Below are positions 54,290-64,000 of a stretch of 64,000 bases of DNA, one piece after another; position 1 is the stretch's first letter; every line of letters starts with the position of its first letter. The stretch comes from Podarcis cretensis (taxonomy: Eukaryota). The DNA is taken from assembly GCA_951804945.1 (NCBI GenBank), contig OX638159.1, positions 34,534,001 through 34,598,000 on the forward strand, written 5' to 3'. The notes under the pieces are model-generated. The model saw only the letters and a list, made by a program, of their open reading frames with translations, was not told the DNA's origin and ran no database searches. The position numbers and the translations under genes are program-made.

Positions 54290-54425
54290 CAGGAATGATG
54301 AACCTGTTTTTCTCCAGATGTTGTTGGACTGCAACAACTCTGATCCTCCCTGACCGTTGACCATGCTGGAGCTAATGAAAGGTAGAGTCCATCAACACCT
54401 GAAGGACAGAGGTTCCCCATCCCTG
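54290..54425. mobile_element. Short palindromic MITE
   Basis: caggaatgatgaacctg ... caga-ggttccccatccctg inverted ends. Confidence 0.7.
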
Positions 54426-57039
54426 CCCAGTACAAGTTTGTGAGCTGCTGGTTTAGGGCTTTTGAGATGGTGGCTTTTTTAATTCTGTGGTGGCTGTCCG
54501 TTTCCTTTTCTTCTCCACTGGAATGCACATCTAGCCAGATTTTTTTTAAAAAAAAAATCAAGGTGGAATTGGTAATATAGGTATCTCCACATCAAGCCTT
54601 TTTTCAGTCCATCACTCCTTAATGCATGGCAAATAGCACCATACATTACTGAATATACATACATACATACATACATACATACATACATGTGTATGTGCAT
54701 CAAACAAAGGATAAAGTGCAGTGGGGTACGATACATTTGTGCATTAAACCCCATATTTCTTAGGCCATAGTAAGCAAAAGTGTTTGCTTTATGTACCTCA
54801 GTGTTTTGTGCAGCAAGCTTGTGAAGTGTGGACTTAAAGACACACTTTCAAATAGATCTTGTCATCCCACACTTTGTTTCATGCAAGAAACACAGGCGTG
54901 GAGCTTCCCAAGGGTCTGTAATACAGAAATGCTAACTCATGTTGTAAATTATGCATATTAGTGCATAAACATATGATTTAGTAAGTAATGACCCCTTTTT
55001 CTGTTGCTGTATACGGTATGTTTTCCTAGTATCATAATTCACAATAGAAGTTTGCCTCATGCTTTAGGCAGTTAAAATGTATTTTCAGCTGTAGCCATGA
55101 ATTCATCATCCTATTGGGGTTTCATCTTGTACAGTGTGAAGTTTACAAGAGAGTAGAGCATTTAACGATGTGCAAAACAGCATCCATTCAAGCAGGCAGC
55201 AGTCTGAATATTGCTGTTTGGCATAAAGAAAATTACACATGTCCAAAAATTAAACTGTCCCTTGAATATACACAGAAAGTCAACATTGTCAATAGGAAAG
55301 CTGGTTCACACTGAAACAGACACCAACAAGCTAATAATCCAAGATGATGCCATTGATTTAGAAGTGCAGTTGTTGAGCTGATATGTGCTGGTAGAAGGAT
55401 CTTTCTGTGGAAAATCCCTGCATTACAAGATTTGTAACCAATAAAGCTTCTGACTGCTCTTGACTTTAGACAGAACTCTGAATCTACAGGGGTAATCCAC
55501 ATACAGAAATGCAATTCCATGTATAAATAGTCCCTATCATGGGTTCAATAGAGTGCTGCAAGAATACAAAATCCTTCCATCAAGAAGCTATTCAGAGGAA
55601 CTGTAACCCAGAGATCTGCTTAATACTTGTGCATGCTAGTTTAACAGGGGGGAAGTGGATCTACAGCTCTATGGATGGGATGGAAAGATTTAAAAATGCA
55701 ATGCAGAAACCCATACATTACCATGACTATCATTGTATTTTAAAACATTCAAAACAGATAATGGTCGCTCCCTTCTAACAAAAGATGTTCATAAAAATAT
55801 AATGACCCATTTTAAATTGGGTTTTATTTAGTAAAAGATTAGGAATAATAACCAGAGTTTTGGCTTTAAATAATGGTAAAACCCACAAGGAATAAAGTCT
55901 TCTCTGCAGACTATGATTCAGTAATATCTTTTATTTCAGAAAAGATGAGATCTTTACCAAAACAGATTTCTTAAAAGGGATAATTAGGTACATTTTAGTT
56001 AACTAATTTTTATTTCTTGTGATTATTCCCTTGAAAATAATTTATTGTGGCATCTGTTTTTTTATAGTGCCTACTGTTAAAAGACAAAATCTTTTGTTTT
56101 CTGCCTTGAAAGTGTTCCTTTTAAAGGAAAAGGGACATCTGGGGTTAGGTCTGTTTCAGTTGTCTAATGCATCAGTAAACCATTGTCAATTTGCTAACAT
56201 TTGCACAAGTTATTCTATGTAGACAATTTACTTTTTGTTTAAGACTGGCATTATAAACATCCATAACTATGGATATGCTGTAAATTATTGTAGGTTTTGT
56301 GTAAGAAAACCTTTCACCACATTACTACTGTCGATTCTTGGTTTTTGATTGTATAGCCATATGTCTTATATACCTGTTCTGTCATCAAAATCTCCTTTTC
56401 CTATATTGTTAAACACTTATTAAGCATGTTTAGTAGTTTCTCATTTTATTTCATATAGCCCATACAGCAATCACTGACAACATAAAATTATAATGTAATA
56501 GTCCAACCAGTCTACTTCATGTAAGTTATAGGAGTAGCTTGCAGACTCTAGTGCAATTCAACTGCATTGTAGCTTATTTCAGTGCAATCTTCTGCCTGCT
56601 TATTCAGAAGTAAGTTTCACAGAGTTCAGTGAGACATACTGTACTCCCAAGTAAATGTGTACAGGATTGCAGCCTACAATATGTTTGTTTGGGGCATGTA
56701 TGAATCTAGAGGAAAACTAGCTATTGAAATTAAGGTATAGAGACTGGTAGACCTAGACTTTAGACTGTCAGGTGAAAAAATCCACACAAACAGCTTTCAG
56801 GGAGACAATCCATTTAGAATTTTAATAGCAGTATCAAAAAAAAAAAAAAGTCCCATATTTTTCAAAGCCCCTTCCAGACCATCTAGAAAACCTAGCAAGT
56901 TTATTCTTGCGGCTTCTGTGCAGCCCTATATACAGAATCTAAATGTGCTTAAATAAAACATCAAAAAGCAATACTGAAATAGAATGCAGTATAGCAAACC
57001 TTGTCAAAATGCTATAAAATGACAATTAAATTAAATTCA

Positions 57040-57070
57040 AGTAGGTAGCCGTGTTGGTCTGACGCAGTTG

Positions 57071-57108
<38 letters not shown>

Positions 57109-57205
57109 GTCCAGTAGCACCTTAGAGACCAACTAAGTTTGTTCTTGGCACATGAAAGCTTATACCGAGAACAAACTTAAGGTGCTGCTGGACAATTTTT
57201 TTATT
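57040..57205. mobile_element. Penelope-like element remnant with inverted structure and (TA)n
   Basis: gtagccgtgttggtctg...aaaattgtccagtagcaccttag...ttaaggtgctgctggacaatttt. Confidence 0.55.
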
Positions 57206-60200
57206 TTTAAAATTAAATTAAAATGTAACATGCTTCAGGCATAATTGACCTAATCCAACAGTATTTAATCCTAAATACTGACACATAGTAAATATGAGCA
57301 CTCTCTTCCACCTTAGTGTCTCTCATAATTCAAAACTTCCCAAAATTAGTCTCCTAGATATCTGTGTTTGGAAGGCCGTTCTAAAATACAGGTTCAGCAT
57401 CAACATCATACTTTCTCCCCAACCCAGCTTATTAATGAGAGTATTTAAGAGTAACCTCTTAAGTAATTAAAGAAGCAGGGCAATCTGTTGTGATCAGAAA
57501 TTCTGGAGCTATGTGTATGCCTATCAATGTGCTGTTCTTTACTTGCTGTGCAAATCAGTTTTTAATTATCAAATAATATTTCAAGGACTTAAAATAGTAG
57601 ATACGTTAGAAAGCACACACACTCATCAACAGCAGCATCCTTTGGTTTAAAACTGAGAGACCTGGATCACTGTTTGATAGACCTCTAGAATCAATGAGGG
57701 TCTAAGCTAAGCACAAATGGATTCCACTGACTTGATAAATAATCAAAGTCAGCCAGAGTCCCTTTGTAGTAAGCTATCATGTATGTTGGTTGAGTGTTGT
57801 GTTTGTACAGATACCAAAACATAATTTTATCCAGATTATTTGACGATACACTCCTAAACCCATTTGTATACCAATGGGGTTTCATTAAATTAAGACTATG
57901 TTGGGTTGAAATTCTACTGTACTGTACCTTTGAATAATTTATATAGTAAACATTCACTGCATTAACATAGCAAATATTATACTATTTACTAATCTTTGTG
58001 AATCTTAACTGCGTAAAAACATTTTAACAAAAAAACTTAGACAATGCATTGGTTACAATACGTAGAATTTATATCCTGATTCTAAAGAACCTTTATTTAA
58101 CCATCTTACGACTTAAGTAGAATGTGCTTCCAAATACAGATGTTTTTGACAATGCTGACTCTTCTATTAGTGCTTACTATGGTTTAGTAAACTGAAAATA
58201 TTCTGTTTACATATTCATCTCCATTAAGCAATTTATGTCTGTCTGAGATTATTTCACCCCTAGATATTATGAGGCACAAATTTGAACACCCTAAAGCCAC
58301 TAAAGTGAGTTTGATGGATAGCCATTCTAAAATACCATTGATACCCTCACTTCAGTTTAACCTCATGTTTCACATATAAAGTAGCTATAGGAAGATAATA
58401 GATGTGCACTGATCTTGCCACCTTCATTCTACCATAAGAACTGCACCACTGTTGACTGTAATTCTTACTGTTAACCTACCTAGCGACCTACTTAGACACG
58501 GGGGCCTGGTACTTAGGGATCACTGCTACTACTTCACATATTCACATGTTAAAGTGAAAAACTTTGAACCATGGAGGAGGAGTTTCACTTATTCCAGGCC
58601 ATCTGTTTCTCCACAGCATGGAAATCACCATGCCCGCTGCAAATGCTAGGCTGATAATGTTAGTTGGGTCCAAGGAGTAGCAAAGGTTGTAAACTTGCCC
58701 TATGCTTCTGATATATGCCTTGTACTTCGGCACCAGCTATCTCAAATCTTGAATTTCTTTTACTCATAGATTGTTCTTTTTTGGGAGTAGCAAGTTGCAA
58801 TTTGGAGAATTTACCATAGTAATACCGGAATACATCTTAGCAACACCAAAGCCCTATTATGACCCTTTAACTCAAGAATAACAACTCTTTCAGAAAACAC
58901 ACATGAGATTTCATTAAGTGCTTTACTATCAAACGAGAGAGAGTAGTAATAGTTTGCTCAGCGGTGCAAATGTTGTGAATAAGTTATTTAGCATCTATTT
59001 GTTTTTATGATACTTTTCAGTGCACCTATACATTTTTTATAATTGGTTTAGGGGAGTTTGGGACAGCTAATGTAACTGTACCCAACATTATTTACAATTT
59101 ACACTGTTTACCTTTCATTGTCTTCCCTTCCTGTGTCTCTTTAGTGTATGTTGATAACCAAAACAATGGATTTTTAGTAGTAGTTCCCTGCTTTCTTTTC
59201 TTCAAAAAACTTTATTGACTATGGGTACAGCTGACATCTCATTCTATATCCCATCATGGGTAGCCGATTCCCTTTTTAAAGTGCCATAAGATTATAAAGT
59301 ACACACACACACAAAAACAGGCCTAATTTTCCTAGTAATCTTTGTCCAAGTGACCTCATGTACAGAATAGGAAACATTATTCAGAATGCACTGTATTCAT
59401 CTACACATTCTGGTTCATGCATTAGTGTCAACTGTTAGAAAGCTTCCTTCCTTATCACGCTTTATCAGCACATTGTATTTTCCACTATGAAAGACAGGTA
59501 GTGTTTCACTGACTCTAATTGAAAACACTGTGTATGCTTGGCACTTCGACAGAATTCCAAGATGGAAATATCATACTGTGTAGATGCATCTTATCAAAGT
59601 TTCATCTGATATTTTATGAAATCTGAATCCCAGTGGAATCTACACACTTGGATTTTGGTAAACCAAACAGCAGCTAGCCTGAAAAGTAACAGGTGGAGAA
59701 AACTATAACAAATACTTTTTTAAATGAGATTGGTTGGGGTATTTTGGCCATTTAACAATTTTAGCATATTCAATATTTTACTGCAGTTCCTTGAACGTGA
59801 ACTTTCTACAAAGTGACCTGCACTTTGTGCAAAGCAACCAAACGAGTGTATAGCCTACTTTGCACCTGCCCACCTAATTGTCTGAAATGTCATTCAAGCC
59901 ATAAATTCCTTTGAGATATTTTGTGTTTGTGCAATCAAGGCAGTTGGGTTTGACGCCTTAGGTGTAAAGATGGCTCTCCATATACAGTTTGTGTGTATGA
60001 GTGCTTGGGTGCACATATACACAGATAACAGTAAGTCTGGTGTCTTTTTTGAAGCGAGGTATCTCTTTGAATTCCACCTACTGTGCTCTAGAAACTAGAC
60101 ACTTTTTAAATAAAAAAAAATACAAACATTTTCTTTGAAAATAAGTGATACAAATACCTTGCTTAGTAGATTTGATATCAAAACTGAAGACCAAGAACTG

Positions 60201-60781
60201 AACAGGCAGGACTGTTTTGGCATCAAATCTTTTTAAACTGTTCAAAAATTTTATTTAGTGGAAGTATAATTTAGAATTAAGTGGAATGTCAGAACAAACT
60301 GGGGAGTTTTAGAAATAAATCACTCAGCAATCATTTTATAAAGTTTAACTTCTAAATGCACTATGATTTATTACAAAAATATATTTTCTTCTGCTTGCAG
60401 ATATGGTTGTTCCATTTTGTGATAGTTTTAAACTAAAGCAGTTAATTTTGTTGCACTGTGTAACTGCATGAATTCATCAAGTGTACATATGTACCTGTGC
60501 AACATTTTTTGGGGTTTTGTATTTGAATTTCAGTATTGGTTATTTTTGTATTTTACTTTACCTGTATTGGAGTTGTAGTAGACATAATTTATACATATGA
60601 TTTAAAAACTGTTTTGCAACTGAAAAGTCTTCTTTAAATTGTAAAATTTTGTTGATGGAAACTCATTAAAATGGTATAAAATTATATTAACAATTGTTTT
60701 GTGTTTTGATGCTCTCTGTACATAAATATGTATTTATCTGTTTTAATGGTGTTGTGTCTTGCAATTTTGGATACATTTTAG

Positions 60782-60787
60782 AATAAA
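60782..60787 (+). promoter_or_regulatory. Candidate distal poly(A) signal
   Basis: AATAAA ending a U-rich, TGTA-rich, repeat-free block typical of 3' UTR ends. Confidence 0.4.
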
Positions 60788-61855
60788 GTTTCATTTTACA
60801 AAAATAAGTTGTACTTTAAAAGCTATGTCGTTATCATGATCCAGGAATTGCCCTTGATAACTCCACTTGTTATTCCTAGAATATTTCAAGATGGATGAGT
60901 AATTTAAACATTCTGGCTGGAATCCATAGAAGTACTCTAGGTACATCTAAGGCTTCTGACATGTTTAGTGAGTTATGTCTTTCCTTCCTTCTGAACCATT
61001 CCATACTGTATCCAACTGTTCTGGAAAGTCCTCTCTGTTTTTAAATGAGTTTTGCCATGTGGCACAAGTACCTGTCTGAAAAACACAAGAAAGGCTTTGT
61101 GTCATGCTGTCCTCTGACTTCTGAAATGAGATCAGGAAGGGGCCCTGTGGAGCTGCAAAAAGTCAGACGTTCAACTGACCAGGGTTTTGTTCATCCTTTT
61201 TAGTTAGCTGACTGATGTACCATGTGCTATGTGTATGTGTACACCCAGAGAGAAGACAATGTAGAATTAACTCCTTGTCAAGATTCGCTGTCTAGAGTTA
61301 TTAACAACACGGAGCAAAACAACCTTCAGGAAAAGCCAATTCAGGTACAGTATGTGTGTGAATGCGCACATATATTATTACTTAAAACAATGACAGAGGA
61401 TCCTTGTTATTAAACAAAACTATTCTAGAATGGATTTATATTGTGTGTGTGAACATCAAATTACTTGAAGATTTTGCTATCTGCTTTGCCTTTTGAGATT
61501 TTCTTAAGTTGCATGTTATAAAACTTTATTTGCATTTATTTCAGACATCCTACATATTGTTAATTAGAAAAGCCCCAGAGTTCACCAGCTGAAGACTTGC
61601 CATGCATTAATCTTAGTCAAAGAATTTAACTAGCTACTGCCTGCTTATCATGGTTTCTCTCCCCTCCTCTCCATGATCAAGCTGCTGCTGCTTTACAGAA
61701 TATTCAAGAACTATGGGGAAAGGCTTAATACAAATGTTTGAAATTGGGAGATCTTCTACTTAGAAAGAGAGGGTGAGTGTAGTTCTCATGCAAGGCCTAG
61801 AAGCAAAAGAAAAAGTGCTGCAGAAGGCCAGAGACGTGGGCAGTGGAGTCACTGC

Positions 61856-62005
61856 CAGAGGCGTACCTAGGTTTGCACCCAATACAACAATGAGCTGTAT
61901 TGGCATCCTCCTGTCACTTGCGCCCTTGGAGAGGCACACTTTTTCACCCCCTGGGCCTGTGCCCTTGGCAGGGGCCAACCTAACCATCTCCTAGGTACGC
62001 CCTTG
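61856..62005. mobile_element. hAT MITE (150 bp)
   Basis: TIRs cagaggcgtacctagg / cctaggtacgcccttg; exact 8-bp TSD gtcactgc. Confidence 0.87.
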
Positions 62006-64000
62006 GTCACTGCCCCACCAATAACAGTCTGCCTTCGCCCAGCCACCACCTACCTGCTTCCATACATCCAGTCCAGGGGGTGGCACTGTCTTGTCAGCCT
62101 CCTCCTCCTCAGTCTCAGTATTGTCCTTGAAGAACTTAGTGGTGGGGATGGGAGAGGACAAAGCTAGAATGGTTTTCTTCGGCTGTGTATTCTGTAATTG
62201 TACAGAATCCTAGTATGCACAGTTTGCAAAGAAGAAACTTGCACATATAGTACATATCCACACATCATTGGTATCCACGTTCAGAATGGCTCTTTATTGG
62301 TGAAAAAACACATACTTAGATGTTTTAACACATTAGCTTGGATTCTAGCAGTTCTCCCTTTCTGTCATCGTCTCCTTACATATCCCTTCAGATTATATAT
62401 TTTTCCTTTGTATAAATATACGAAATATTTAACAGCTAAGCATACATGCAGTACAGATCTTGAAGTTGGTCTGTATAACCTTGAAATGGACTCTTGATTT
62501 CCCCCTTCACAATTTAACTGCACAATCTCCTCCTTAGAAACTAGTTATTGCAGAGAAGTTTAAAATAGAAGCCTTCCCTCTCTGCAGTAACTAGAAGGGC
62601 TGCTCCCCCTTCACCCGCTTTCTTTTTAATTCCAGAATCCCTCTATGCTGCCTAAAAGAGATCTCATTATCCAGGCTGAGCACAGACAGCTCCAGGGAAT
62701 TCAAGAAGGCTTATACGTGAGCAGATTTAGACTTTGCATTGCTCTGGGATGCCAACAGCTTTGCAGTTCCTAATCTTATAGCAAACAACAGATACACTAT
62801 GGGCAGAAACTCTGGTCAGCTGGGTCAAACTCAGCTTAGATGTGTCTTGAACATAAGAGTTTATTTAAAAGAGCATTTTTTCTGAAAACCTAAACAATTC
62901 AAATATGACACTGTACATTTGGACCCAAATTTAGTGACTGAAGCCAAATGTGAACATGTTTAGCTTTGAAAATATACCAGCGTTTTGTTGAGGTTAGAGC
63001 TTCTTTTTTGAGTGACGAACATTCATAGAGAAGAGAGTCTATAAACTATGGAAAAGGCAAGGAGGAGAAAATAATGGTCACTATGCTTAGTTTATACACA
63101 CATTATTATACAGCAATTTCTAAAGCTGCTGGAGCCAGTTTTCCTGAGCAGAGATTTCAAGATTCCTCACTGATGAACACCTGCCAATGATAATTGAGTG
63201 TAAACTTCACTCTTAAAAACAACAGGCAATGGAAATAAACTCAGTGTTGGGTTCTGCATAATGATTTGTAAACACACCTATTCATCTGCAATGCTGGATT
63301 ATATGAGAAATGATATTTTGTATCAGGTGTTCCAAAGGGGAAATTGATTGGCATTGTTACTTCACACTTTGCTTTCAAAACAATAGTTTTAAGTCCTGCC
63401 AAAATATAAATATCCTAATTTGGAGGGAAATTCAGCTGGAGATAATTAGGTCAGAAATGTATAGACCATAGTCCAACTACAAAACCACTCAAAACAGCTT
63501 TTAAATACGACTAAGAACAAAACTTTGCATAGAATACATACATTGTAACCCAAGGAACATTGATATTTTAAAATACCAAATCTTCTGGCAAAGCTTAGCA
63601 GAAGCTCCGATATATAAGAGTGTGCAAACATTCTGCTTGCTGTGGAGCTCAAACTGAACAACAGAATGTTTCATTACTGTCCAGCTTCTCTCCTGGAAGT
63701 AGAAGGTCAGGTTGACCAGAATTCAAAGCTCACACATGTCCCTAGAGACAAGAAGATGTGTGCAGGTGAGTAGAAAGACTGGGGACTAAAAATCCTTACT
63801 ATAACTAGTCAAAAGTAAATCCTATTGACTTAAATAGGGCTGACTCCCAGGTAAATGGTGTTAGGATTGCAACTGGGGTGTTGTTGTTGGGAAGTTTGTT
63901 GCTGTTGGATTTTTTTTGCACATTTATATATTTTGTGATTGGTGTAGAAATTGTTCAGGCTGGTTGTGTATTTCTAAATATTTTATTTATTGTTTATAAC

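Noticed and set aside
60811-64000. Start of a downstream gene (ACOT12 expected from human synteny)
   Set aside because: No recognisable exon or CpG island in this part of the window.

Overview
Vertebrate genomic DNA, very probably a squamate (lizard), because it carries several Sauria SINEs; a lacertid origin is inferred, not proven. The only host gene is the 3' part of SSBP2 (single-stranded DNA-binding protein 2, an LDB1 cofactor) on the + strand. I found 14 short GT-AG coding exons from 7763 to the stop codon at 46835, with consistent phases. One is an extra 84-nt in-frame exon resembling SSBP3/SSBP4, and one lies mostly inside a 140-N assembly gap. The 3' UTR has a proximal poly(A) signal at 47391 and a possible distal end near 60790. 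Introns and UTR contain many, often nested, transposable elements: Sauria and tRNA-Lys SINEs, RTE, L2, L1 and Penelope-like fragments, Tc1/mariner and hAT MITEs, and a decayed Chapaev3-type transposon. The most unusual element is a composite hAT-type element (47475-48333) with a perfect 8-bp TSD, one left end, two different right ends and about 640 bp of CpG-island-like cargo. Most ORFs in the supplied track are spurious.
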